This document shows positions 17,286-25,170 of a stretch of DNA of 40,053 nucleotides, piece by piece. A program made the translations under genes and the position numbers. The stretch lies in IMG/VR virus record IMGVR_UViG_3300026472_000012, positions 1 to 40,053 of that record; one strand, 5' to 3'. The notes under the pieces are model-generated. The model did not search any database and was not told the DNA's origin. It saw nothing but the letters and a program-made list of their open reading frames with translations. The stretch is from a virus. Positions within the stretch are counted from its first letter, which is position 1; each line of letters begins with the position of its first letter.

Positions 17286-17483
17286 CTAATTGGAGTACAA
17301 AACAAGAACTTCAAAAGGATAATCTGTTTGTTTTTTTTCATTTGCAAATTCAGACGCAATATTCACAATCTTTTCAATTTTTACATTGATATTATGACGA
17401 TCAGAGTATTCTAACCATTTGTTAATTTGTTCTGATAATCCTTCAGAGTTATAGGCACTAAATGTTCTTGTACGTTGAGTCAT
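17286..17483 (-). CDS. Hypothetical small protein
   Basis: 65-aa ORF packed directly after the Q gene. Confidence 0.5.
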   Translation of the reverse strand: MTQRTRTFSAYNSEGLSEQINKWLEYSDRHNINVKIEKIVNIASEFANEKKQTDYPFEVLVLYSN

Positions 17484-17485
17484 AT

Positions 17486-17920
17486 TTACACCATTTTCAA
17501 AAAGTTATATTTACCAAGTAGATAAAATCTAGCACATCCAATTAAAATATTCACCTGCCCTTTAGACTGTTTTGTGATCTCAGCCACTGCACTAAGACTA
17601 CGATTTTCAACCTTATGCTTAACTAAACACATCACTGCGTACTTTGCTTGATAATCAATTGAATTGGAGTTGAACACGCTTCTCAGCAATGCCTGTACCT
17701 GCTCTGCCTCAAAGTCACTAATCTCACAACGGATATAACACTTCGAGTTACGTGGCGTTTTATCTGCTTCACGAATCAACCAATAAATCTGATTAACATG
17801 TAGACCATCAGGCAATTCACCGCCTTTCAAACGAGCGGTTTCACACCAAGCACCAAATTGCTCAAGCCATCCATCAATTGTGTATTTAGACCAATCCATC
17901 ACTCTCACCGCTACGTTCAT
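17486..17920 (-). CDS. Late-gene antiterminator (Q-type)
   Basis: 144 aa. The N-terminal DGWLEQFGAWC resembles the LERWGAW signature of Q proteins. It is the last regulatory gene before the promoter/terminator/late operon. Confidence 0.6.
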   Translation of the reverse strand: MNVAVRVMDWSKYTIDGWLEQFGAWCETARLKGGELPDGLHVNQIYWLIREADKTPRNSKCYIRCEISDFEAEQVQALLRSVFNSNSIDYQAKYAVMCLVKHKVENRSLSAVAEITKQSKGQVNILIGCARFYLLGKYNFLKMV

Positions 17921-17930
17921 TCCAAGCCCC

Positions 17931-18608
17931 TTAAACTTTACTCAAATCTAAAATTGTCATAGTTCCCCAATGCACTGCACCTGTATCAATGTAATAGCAG
18001 TTGTCACGCTTGAGTGGCTTTGGAGTGACTGTATGCCCCATGATGACCGCATCTACACCTGAAACATTGGTATATTGTTCACTGTCTGTATTTGCACGGG
18101 CACGTCCCCATATTGCCAATTCTACTGGTCCTCGAAATGGTGAAATTTCATATTCAAATGAGCTTTTAAATTCATTCCAGTCATTTTGTTCTATGTGTCC
18201 ATGAACAAAACCGTATTTACGCCCCTTGTGATTGATCTCTAGCACAACAGGCAATTTAGAAAAGGCTTTTGCAATGTTGTACATCGCTTGTCCATCTAGC
18301 TGATAAAACCACTCTCCACCATTTGAGATATGACGGCGCTTATATGATTCTTCTTGAATCCCACCTATACATAAATCCTCATGATTGCCAAGAACAGAGG
18401 TAAACCAAGGCTTTGACAGCAACTCGACACACTCAATGTTTTGAATGCCTCGATCCACCAAATCACCTACTGCAACCAACAAATCATTTTCAAAATCAAA
18501 ACCAATTTCATTTAAACGATTCATCAGCAAGTTGTAGCATCCGTGAATATCACCGACTGCATAGAGCTTGCCTTTGATCTCTTTGTCCCAAACTTTGACT
18601 AAGCTCAT
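17931..18608 (-). CDS. Ser/Thr protein phosphatase (lambda PPase/NinI-like metallophosphoesterase)
   Basis: Motifs GDIHGC, GDLVDRG and GNHE are present. Confidence 0.9.
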   Translation of the reverse strand: MSLVKVWDKEIKGKLYAVGDIHGCYNLLMNRLNEIGFDFENDLLVAVGDLVDRGIQNIECVELLSKPWFTSVLGNHEDLCIGGIQEESYKRRHISNGGEWFYQLDGQAMYNIAKAFSKLPVVLEINHKGRKYGFVHGHIEQNDWNEFKSSFEYEISPFRGPVELAIWGRARANTDSEQYTNVSGVDAVIMGHTVTPKPLKRDNCYYIDTGAVHWGTMTILDLSKV

Positions 18609-18949
18609 ACTTCCACCACTTTAATTTTTACCAATCCACCCTTAACCACATTTCCACGTTTTACTAGCAACTCGTCAAACTGTTCATCATCTTCACATAA
18701 ACCACACTTCACCAAACTATCTAAAACCGCTTTTAAGTGATTGTCGATATCTCTAGTACGTCGATCAGGAAAATGAAAAGTAATCTCTGCTTTGAGCCTA
18801 GCTGTGCTTTTGAGAGGCTTAACAAATAAACTCACAATCTTCTGAAAATTTTTTGCTCGCTGACTTAGGTAACGCCTTTTCCCTGCTGCCACCCAGTAAT
18901 GGTTCACACTAGGCGGAATCATGGCAATTTCACAATTGAGTAAACTCAT
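18605..18949 (-). CDS. rusA: RusA-family Holliday junction resolvase
   Basis: 114 aa with PPSVNHYW and RDIDNHLKAVLDSL...EDDEQ, characteristic of RusA. Confidence 0.8.
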   Translation of the reverse strand: MSLLNCEIAMIPPSVNHYWVAAGKRRYLSQRAKNFQKIVSLFVKPLKSTARLKAEITFHFPDRRTRDIDNHLKAVLDSLVKCGLCEDDEQFDELLVKRGNVVKGGLVKIKVVEV

Positions 18950-19218
18950 AAATCCACCACCATTGTGCTTGGGCTAACGTGATTACGAATGTCTGTAACA
19001 TGATCAGTGACATCATCTAAACTATACCCTGCTTTGGTTTCAGCATGACGAAGCTGTGACTTGTCGTACCAATCCCAATGTGTTGTACCAAGAACATCAA
19101 ATTTATCAATGTCACTTCGATAATCTATGATCTTCCCAACAAAAAACCCGTCAAGAATTGGAGCAATAACGAGATCACCTTTCTTAAATTCCTTTGCATC
19201 GTTGTCTTTAGTTGTCAT
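18946..19218 (-). CDS. Hypothetical protein
   Basis: 90-aa ORF translationally coupled to its neighbours. Confidence 0.5.
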   Translation of the reverse strand: MTTKDNDAKEFKKGDLVIAPILDGFFVGKIIDYRSDIDKFDVLGTTHWDWYDKSQLRHAETKAGYSLDDVTDHVTDIRNHVSPSTMVVDL

Positions 19219-19457
19219 AGTGCCACCTTAAATAATTCTTTTGCCTTGTCTGACGGTACATAGCCTTTCGGGGAGCAGTTGTCCTTAATTAACCAGCCTG
19301 CATCAGCCAATTCGCTCAAGTGGCGCTGAGATGATCTAGGACTCAATCCAACCAATTGGATTAAATCATTTGTACCAATCCGTCTTTTATTGTTGACTGC
19401 AAAACTTATGATTTGTGCATAAGTATTGAAGTGTTCAACATGTGATTTATTTCTCAC
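19215..19457 (-). CDS. Small winged-helix/HTH DNA-binding protein
   Basis: 80 aa with LIQLVGLSPRSSQRHLSELADAGWL. Confidence 0.55.
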   Translation of the reverse strand: MRNKSHVEHFNTYAQIISFAVNNKRRIGTNDLIQLVGLSPRSSQRHLSELADAGWLIKDNCSPKGYVPSDKAKELFKVAL

Positions 19458-20206
19458 ACCCCACCCCCTTGTCCCATTCGTTGATCACCCCAGTTACACT
19501 CAACCAAAGTCAGTCCATCGTGTTGAAAGCGTGACCACAACCGATCACCCAAATCTTTTTTGAGTTCTTCAAGCGTGAAATTTGAAATCAACATGGTTGC
19601 CTTGCCCTCGTCATAACGTGAGTACAAAACCTTGTGAACCAGTTGCAATCTATTCTCATGGCGATCATGCAAACCATATTCATCAAGAATCAGTAAGTCA
19701 TATTCAGTAAAGCGGTAAATCGCATTAGCTTCGCTGTCATCCGTTCTTTTCCAAGCATTCGCAATCTCATTAGCCATGTCCTCAGAAGTGATGTAGCGCG
19801 CTGATTTGCGCTTATCCAACACGTTTAAAGCCACGGCACTAGAAAGATGTGTTTTGCCTGTACCAGTACGACCAACCATGATCAGATTACGAATCACACC
19901 ACCCAAGAAATCTTTAGCAAACGACATGCATTGAGCTTTTGCATTGCGTTGACCTTCGTTTGAAACCTGATAATTACCAAACCCACTTTCAGCATGGCGT
20001 AGCGGTAATTGCGCCCCAGCAAAGTGTTTTTCACGAACCATGGTATTTACTGCGTGATGATGATCTTTTTGACCACGATCAAGTGATTCAAGTGAACACT
20101 GTTTGCAAAACGATTTACCACGGTAAGAAACCATTTGAACTTGATGTTTCGTGCAGAACTCCGTTGAACTCGTAATTTCTAAATCTAGTAAAGTCATCGC
20201 GTTCAT
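19454..20206 (-). CDS. DnaC/IstB-like AAA+ replication (helicase loader) protein
   Basis: Walker A GRTGTGKTH, Walker B LLILDEYG, and an N-terminal Cys/His cluster. Confidence 0.8.
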   Translation of the reverse strand: MNAMTLLDLEITSSTEFCTKHQVQMVSYRGKSFCKQCSLESLDRGQKDHHHAVNTMVREKHFAGAQLPLRHAESGFGNYQVSNEGQRNAKAQCMSFAKDFLGGVIRNLIMVGRTGTGKTHLSSAVALNVLDKRKSARYITSEDMANEIANAWKRTDDSEANAIYRFTEYDLLILDEYGLHDRHENRLQLVHKVLYSRYDEGKATMLISNFTLEELKKDLGDRLWSRFQHDGLTLVECNWGDQRMGQGGGV

Positions 20207-21096
20207 AGCATCCCCTCACAATCCAGATCATCCGTTGCAGGTTTGTACTGCTGAACATCACCCCAAGCATCGTTTACGTTTCGAGTTGGCGCTTTGCTCG
20301 TTTGTTTTTCAGTACGATCAATCTTGTCCAAGTGCTTTTCAAATTCTTGAATCAACCATGCAGCAAATTTTCTTGTACGTTGGTTTTCAGTCAGATCAAT
20401 TTTGTTTTCCCAATGCGCATTGAAATTACCCAAGTGAAAATTGAAATCAGCAAGGGATAAAATTTCCTCACAGCGTTGGCTAAATTTTGTTTGCGATAAA
20501 ATGGTTTTTAGAAAATTAATATTCGGTTTCCAAGAATTTTCAGACACGCTCTCTTGTGTGTGTATTTCTTTAATATTTTCTTTTAAATATATTTCTTTTA
20601 CAGAGTGACATTTGATGTCACTAGTACCAGTGACATTTGATGTACCCACACCAGTATCATTTAATGTAACTACATTTAATGCACCAGTATCATTTGATGT
20701 TACTAGTTCAGGTTTAATTCGATCCTCAAATGTGACCGTATAAATTGTCGCTTTACCCAAATTTTTAGTGATACGAACTAACTGAAATTTTGCTAAATCA
20801 GCCATACTTTTACGTACAGTTCTTTTGTCTTTGAAGCCCGTCAATTTCATAACTAAAGCTTCGCCAATAGATTTATTATCTCCGTGAAAGCCCTTAATGT
20901 GACGATTTAAAAGGACAAGGCATTTGATTGCCTCACCACTTAAAGCACTTAAATAACCCTCATCACAGATAAAATTAGGCATTGGAGTATAGCCCTCTTC
21001 TTTCTTCGACATAGCTTGTCGCTCTTTTTTTGGAAATTGAACCAGCTCTCCTTGTGGGATCGGTGGTTCATGTGCTAAATTTGTTTTCATATTCAT
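20203..21096 (-). CDS. Replication initiator (lambda O-like, winged-helix N-terminus) containing the origin
   Basis: 297-aa ORF upstream of the loader, with an iteron array inside the coding sequence. Confidence 0.65.
   Translation of the reverse strand: MNMKTNLAHEPPIPQGELVQFPKKERQAMSKKEEGYTPMPNFICDEGYLSALSGEAIKCLVLLNRHIKGFHGDNKSIGEALVMKLTGFKDKRTVRKSMADLAKFQLVRITKNLGKATIYTVTFEDRIKPELVTSNDTGALNVVTLNDTGVGTSNVTGTSDIKCHSVKEIYLKENIKEIHTQESVSENSWKPNINFLKTILSQTKFSQRCEEILSLADFNFHLGNFNAHWENKIDLTENQRTRKFAAWLIQEFEKHLDKIDRTEKQTSKAPTRNVNDAWGDVQQYKPATDDLDCEGML
20601..20705. repeat. Iteron array (putative ori) inside the initiator gene
   Basis: GTGACATTTGATGT at 20605 and 20630; CCAGTATCATTTAATGT at 20651; a degenerate copy near 20668; CCAGTATCATTTGATGT at 20684. 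An AT-rich stretch at 20560..20600 lies next to the array. Confidence 0.7.
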
Positions 21097-21119
21097 TGGT
21101 TCCTAATTGATGAATTGAG

Positions 21120-21155
21120 ACCGTTTCTATTGCCGTAGAAACGGTTTTTATTTAC
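21120..21155 (+). terminator. Plus-strand terminator-like hairpin between the RHH gene and the initiator gene
   Basis: ACCGTTTCTA-TTGCCG-TAGAAACGGT followed by TTTTATTT on the + strand only. Confidence 0.45.
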
Positions 21156-21402
21156 TTAATACTTTTAGTCCCGTAACTTCCCTGTCACTTGTAGCGGTAT
21201 CCCCATAGTTCCCCGTTAATCCCAAGCGCGTCATTTTCTTAGCTGTTACATTCACGACATGCCATTTAGCCATGATCATCATTTCTAAGAAGATCGCAGC
21301 TTGAGCGGCTATTTCGTTTTCATCTAAATCAGCTAATACAGAGAGACGCCCATGCATGTCATGATCAATTCGAACATGTATCGATTTTTTTTCGAGACTC
21401 AT
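21148..21402 (-). CDS. Ribbon-helix-helix-like small regulator (CII position)
   Basis: 84 aa. The N-terminal KKSIHVRIDHDMHGRLSVLA resembles an RHH strand-helix. It follows cro. Confidence 0.4.
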   Translation of the reverse strand: MSLEKKSIHVRIDHDMHGRLSVLADLDENEIAAQAAIFLEMMIMAKWHVVNVTAKKMTRLGLTGNYGDTATSDREVTGLKVLSK

Positions 21403-21410
21403 AATTTTTC

Positions 21411-21602
21411 CTATGCTGATAAGGCTTGAAGATCAGCTTTTAATTTGCCTTTAGTTAGAACTTGAATTCGTGCTTGAGTGTCTACTGGAATGCCTCTATG
21501 TCGCCATTTGCTAATAGTTCCTCTCGTGACCCCAAGAATTGTTTTTGTGAGCTGGATATCGTTCTCAACTCTAAAATGCATTTTTAAATCATCAACTGTC
21601 AT
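21411..21602 (-). CDS. cro: Cro-like HTH repressor
   Basis: 63 aa with TKTILGVTRGTISKWRHRG. It is divergent from the CI gene across the operator region. Confidence 0.75.
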   Translation of the reverse strand: MTVDDLKMHFRVENDIQLTKTILGVTRGTISKWRHRGIPVDTQARIQVLTKGKLKADLQALSA

Positions 21603-21603
21603 G

Positions 21604-21685
21604 GTTTACCTTTATAAACTTTTAGTTTCCATTAGTAAACCATAAGTTTATTTCTAAATCAATATGAATGTTTACTATAGGAAAC
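21604..21685. promoter_or_regulatory. OR-type divergent promoter/operator region
   Basis: 16-bp sites GTTTACCTTTATAAAC (21604..21619) and GTTTACTATAGGAAAC (21670..21685), plus the palindrome TAAACCATAAGTTTA (21636..21650). Confidence 0.65.
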
Positions 21686-21703
21686 ATTAAAGAGGATGTT
21701 TTT

Positions 21704-22447
21704 ATGAGCACTATCAGTGATCGAATAATTCAAAGAATGACTGAGCTAAAAATTCGACAAGTTGATTTAGTTGAAGCTACAGGTGCAACTAAAGGCGCAG
21801 TCTCAAAATGGGTGGCTGGGACTAATATCCCTAAAGCTGAATTTTTATCACCTTTAGCAAATGTGCTTAAAACTTCTCAAAATTGGTTATTAACTGGCGA
21901 AAATGATCAAAGAAAAAATAACTTCAATATGCAGGAGTTTATGGATAAACACGGATTGACTCGAAAAGAAGAATCTTCTTTTGATGTCAATGAGATTCAT
22001 GAGCCTACTGTTGTTGACTATGAAATTGAAAATGGATTTATTTGGATAGATGTAGTGGAAGCGAACTTTTCATGTGGTACAGGTGAGTCGATAGAGTTTC
22101 ATTTTGATGTCATTAATGGAAAGTTCCCCTTTCCTCCATCATTTTTTCAAAAAAAATATGTTGACCCTAAATGCATGAGAATCATTAAAGCTAAGGGTGA
22201 CAGCATGTCTGACTTTATTCATGACGGCGACTTAGTAGGAATTGATATTTCTCAAACCGAAATAATAGATGGTGAAATTTATGCTGTTTATTTTGAAGGT
22301 GAAGGCATGATTAAGCAGATATTTAAAGAAGAAGGTGGAAAGTTAAGTCTTCACAGCCTTAATCCTAAATACCGTGATCGTGAAGTGAGTGAAATCAACG
22401 GGTTGAACTTTAAAGTAATGGGGCGTCAATTTTGGCGAGCTGGATAA
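21704..22447 (+). CDS. cI: CI-type repressor (XRE HTH N-terminus + S24 LexA-like peptidase C-terminus)
   Basis: Start ATG 21704 follows AGAGGA. Contains the HTH VDLVEATGATKGAVSKWVAG and the S24 motifs GDSMSDF...GEIYAV...GMIKQI. Confidence 0.9.
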   Translation: MSTISDRIIQRMTELKIRQVDLVEATGATKGAVSKWVAGTNIPKAEFLSPLANVLKTSQNWLLTGENDQRKNNFNMQEFMDKHGLTRKEESSFDVNEIHEPTVVDYEIENGFIWIDVVEANFSCGTGESIEFHFDVINGKFPFPPSFFQKKYVDPKCMRIIKAKGDSMSDFIHDGDLVGIDISQTEIIDGEIYAVYFEGEGMIKQIFKEEGGKLSLHSLNPKYRDREVSEINGLNFKVMGRQFWRAG

Positions 22448-22476
22448 TTAAAATTTCTTAAATAAAAGAGAATGTT

Positions 22477-22782
22477 ATGATCGCAACACTTAATAAATAC
22501 AAAACTGCGCTAACAATTAATCGTCAAGAATTCAAATTGGCCTTAGCTAAAATTGGTGCAGGAATTGATAAAAAAATAGCCTCGCTTAAAAAAGCCAAGC
22601 AAAGCTATGACGCTGCGGAAATTGCACGTGAGGTCATTACCGAAGCAAACATCTTTGAGGCCATTATTGAGGGCTTTAACGAAGCAGAAGAAACCAATCT
22701 AAAACTAACTGACATAACCAATCTTGATGTGGCACAAGGATGGATAGATGAGTTTTTGGAAACGTATTCAGAAATAGAATAA
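22477..22782 (+). CDS. Hypothetical helical protein co-oriented with cI
   Basis: 101 aa, starting 30 nt after the cI stop. The N-terminal half is basic and the C-terminal half acidic. Confidence 0.6.
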   Translation: MIATLNKYKTALTINRQEFKLALAKIGAGIDKKIASLKKAKQSYDAAEIAREVITEANIFEAIIEGFNEAEETNLKLTDITNLDVAQGWIDEFLETYSEIE

Positions 22783-22856
22783 TTTACTTTATGTATTAAA
22801 AAACTGCGAACCCGACGCAGTCCTTATAATGATCGGGTAAACTTTTGGAGTACTTC

Positions 22857-23348
22857 ATGGGTGGTAATAGGATATTCATTGATTCAGATGATGGAAAAAA
22901 AATATTGGAAATGCCAAAGTACTTTGATTCACCAGTTACTATGGCAAGAGATATAAATAAATATTCATTCCATCATTTTTCTGGTGCTCCAGTTTATGAG
23001 TTATCAACTGATCTAAATATTGTTGGATTAAGTATATTTTTGCGAACTAATATTGCTCCAGACTCAATGAAGCACAGTTTTGGGTTGATGCAAAAAGTAG
23101 GAAATAATAAAAAATGGATATATGATTTATGTATTTATCCTGAACACCAAAAATCACATGTAGATAAAATGAAACGTGAGGTTTTCTATGGTCCACATGT
23201 GCATTGCCTTGATAATGCTTATGAAATAAAGTTAAGTTATGGAATTGATGAGTGGGATAAATGGTTTCATTTTTTTGCGAAAAACATTAATTTGCAGGTT
23301 AGGTCAAGTGATATAATGGGACCTCTTGCAGGGGAGTTGCCACTATGA
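22857..23348 (+). CDS. ORFan protein A of the immunity-region cassette (possibly DUF6978-like, weak recollection)
   Basis: ATG 22857 lies 6 nt after GGAG; the track start at 22845 is TTG. It has a His-rich C-terminal motif, IYPEHQKSHVDK...FYGPHVH, and overlaps the next gene by ATGA. Confidence 0.6.
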   Translation: MGGNRIFIDSDDGKKILEMPKYFDSPVTMARDINKYSFHHFSGAPVYELSTDLNIVGLSIFLRTNIAPDSMKHSFGLMQKVGNNKKWIYDLCIYPEHQKSHVDKMKREVFYGPHVHCLDNAYEIKLSYGIDEWDKWFHFFAKNINLQVRSSDIMGPLAGELPL

Positions 23349-24055
23349 CTATGCATCTTTCAGATACAGTCTTGAATGCTTTTATCCAAAAATTTTCTGA
23401 TCAGGAGAATTCTTGTGGCTTCACTCTACCTTTAATATTTCCAAATGGATCACCAGCAGTCGTCTATGCTCGTAAGGACACGAAAGATAACATAATTCTA
23501 AGTGATTATGGATTAAATGTCCGTCACTTCGATGAGTCTGTTGGTGTTATGGATTTTGATGCTATTGATAAGATTAAGTATTTTTGTAAATCTTATGAAT
23601 CTATATCAATGCAAAGTGGTTGCTTGATTGCTGTATCATCAATGAAGCAATTAGACTTTACTGTAATTGAATATACAGAACTGTTAAGTAAGTTAATTAA
23701 CTATCAATATAAATCTAGATCACATCAAGCAATTGATGAAATTTTAGATTCAATCAGAGTTGTTTTGGAAAAAAAGTTTTCATCGATAGAGGTTAGCCCA
23801 AAGTTGGTTGGAAGATCAGGCGAGAAATACCCATTCAACTTCTCACATAACAACACGTTTATTGATTATATTCAAGCAGATAAGAATAAAACAAATAATC
23901 AGTTGAGAAAAATGATAGATACTCAAAACTTAAATACAAATGTGTCATTCAATATTATTATTGATGATCTTGAGAATGATAAATATAAATCTGAACAAAC
24001 TATTCTCTCTGATTATGCTGTAGTCCAACCTTTGTCAAAATTTTTAGCTATTTAA
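23345..24055 (+). CDS. ORFan protein B of the immunity-region cassette (DUF1828/DUF1829-like architecture, by recollection)
   Basis: 236 aa, translationally coupled to protein A. N-terminal FTLPLIFPNGSPAVVYARKDTKDNIILSDYG and C-terminal VGRSGEKYPFNFS recall the DUF1828 + DUF1829 arrangement. Confidence 0.6.
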   Translation: MTMHLSDTVLNAFIQKFSDQENSCGFTLPLIFPNGSPAVVYARKDTKDNIILSDYGLNVRHFDESVGVMDFDAIDKIKYFCKSYESISMQSGCLIAVSSMKQLDFTVIEYTELLSKLINYQYKSRSHQAIDEILDSIRVVLEKKFSSIEVSPKLVGRSGEKYPFNFSHNNTFIDYIQADKNKTNNQLRKMIDTQNLNTNVSFNIIIDDLENDKYKSEQTILSDYAVVQPLSKFLAI

Positions 24056-24075
24056 TAATTTAGTTGAACAAGAAA

Positions 24076-24100
24076 AACCCAACCCTGTGTGGGTTTTCTT
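24076..24100 (+). terminator. Intrinsic terminator after the cassette
   Basis: AACCCA-ACCCTGTG-TGGGTT followed by TTCTTTC. Confidence 0.65.
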
Positions 24101-24139
24101 TCAACTCACATCAACAAAAACCCAAGAAGAATCTATCTT

Positions 24140-24466
24140 ATGGAAACCGTATCATTTTTATGTCTATTAACCCTTTCTATATTCGGTTGCGATAAACCAG
24201 AGCAAATTTCACCTGAGCGTGAAAAACTTATTGAAAAATATCAAGAAGTTGATTTAAAAATGACAATGTATCTTGGAACTCTAGCAGGACCTTCTACGCC
24301 CTTAGAAGAACGCAAAAAAGTTATTTGTGAGGAATTCCCTGTTACCTATGAACAAGAATACCTTCCAATTTATCTAAAGCTGTCTGATCCAACAGATGTT
24401 GATACAAGTTCGGATCTTCTAAAAACAATTGAATCTTATAAAGCTAGATACAATATTCAGTGCTAA
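24140..24466 (+). CDS. Small lipoprotein (moron; candidate superinfection exclusion factor)
   Basis: Start ATG 24140 gives METVSFLCLLTLSIFGC, a signal peptide with a lipobox-like IFGC. The gene is bounded by two near-identical terminators. Confidence 0.6.
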   Translation: METVSFLCLLTLSIFGCDKPEQISPEREKLIEKYQEVDLKMTMYLGTLAGPSTPLEERKKVICEEFPVTYEQEYLPIYLKLSDPTDVDTSSDLLKTIESYKARYNIQC

Positions 24467-24486
24467 CACCAAATTATCAAAAATTT

Positions 24487-24512
24487 AACCCACCCAGTGT
24501 GGGTTTTCTTTT
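24487..24512 (+). terminator. Intrinsic terminator after the lipoprotein gene
   Basis: AACCCAC-CCAGT-GTGGGTT followed by TTCTTTTG. The sequence closely resembles the terminator at 24076. Confidence 0.7.
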
Positions 24513-24529
24513 GCCTAGAATTTTTAATA

Positions 24530-24600
24530 GTTTCCAAAAATAAAAATAAAGTTTCTTAAAATAAACTTTTTATTGACAATAAAGTTTCCTTTGGTAAACT
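24530..24600 (+). promoter_or_regulatory. OL-type operators and early-left promoter
   Basis: TTGACA (24573..24578), 16-nt spacer, TAAACT (24595..24600). Operator-like GTTTCTTAAAATAAAC (24551..24566) and GTTTCCTTTGGTAAAC (24584..24599) share the GTTT-N8-AAAC pattern of the OR sites. Confidence 0.6.
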
Positions 24601-24643
24601 AAATGCATCAGATAACAAAAAAGCACACCGACCGTCAAATCAA

Positions 24644-24862
24644 ATGTGCTTTTACTCAATGAGTGAGAACATTATGCAAAAGATACAAAGCAAAAGTCAA
24701 ACAGGACGGCTATATCAGCACCCAACTCCTGAAAATACAATCAAAAATAAGAAATCAGGTTTACTTATCCCTGCCCTTATCGTTATCGCAATGTGTCTTG
24801 CAGGTGTAGTGAATTGCGCAGGCTATCAAAATGCAGTCGCTAAAATGGGGGTTAAACAATGA
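24644..24862 (+). CDS. Small single-pass membrane protein (start uncertain)
   Basis: 72-aa ORF with the hydrophobic segment LLIPALIVIAMCLAGVV. Alternative ATG starts are at 24659 and 24674. Confidence 0.5.
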   Translation: MCFYSMSENIMQKIQSKSQTGRLYQHPTPENTIKNKKSGLLIPALIVIAMCLAGVVNCAGYQNAVAKMGVKQ

Positions 24863-25170
24863 ATATGCCCCTACTCACCCTACCAGTAGTCATCAAGCCA
24901 CCTTTCAGACTTGACGAAATCAGTTTAGATCAAGGTCAAGCAGACTTCTTTACTGAGAATGATGAGTTTTGTTTAGAAGTGAAATTTAATGCTCGTTACT
25001 TCAAGAATGGGGATGGTGTTCAAACTTGGAAAGATGCAGATATTGAAGAACTTTGCGATATCAAAGCATACAACGAAAATGGCTTACTCGATCATTTTTA
25101 TATCAATCCACAAAACTGGGATGTTCTAAAAGAAACTATCGAGCAAGAAGTTCAGGAGAGATTGTTATGA
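24859..25170 (+). CDS. Acidic early protein, unknown function
   Basis: 103 aa, with about 21 D/E against 9 K/R by my count. It is the second gene of the early-left operon. Confidence 0.6.
   Translation: MNMPLLTLPVVIKPPFRLDEISLDQGQADFFTENDEFCLEVKFNARYFKNGDGVQTWKDADIEELCDIKAYNENGLLDHFYINPQNWDVLKETIEQEVQERLL

Noticed and set aside
20601-20705. Short regularly spaced repeats that could be mistaken for a mini CRISPR array.
   Set aside because: The repeats are 14-17 nt, imperfect, with 6-10-nt spacers, and lie inside an initiator gene. This is an iteron origin and not a CRISPR array. No cas genes are present.
22803-22830. A perfect TATAAT at 22825..22830, just upstream of cassette gene A, as an independent promoter.
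   Set aside because: There is no acceptable -35 element at 16-18-nt spacing, and the box lies immediately after a 6-bp hairpin. It is kept only as a possibility. Read-through from the cI promoter is the simpler model.
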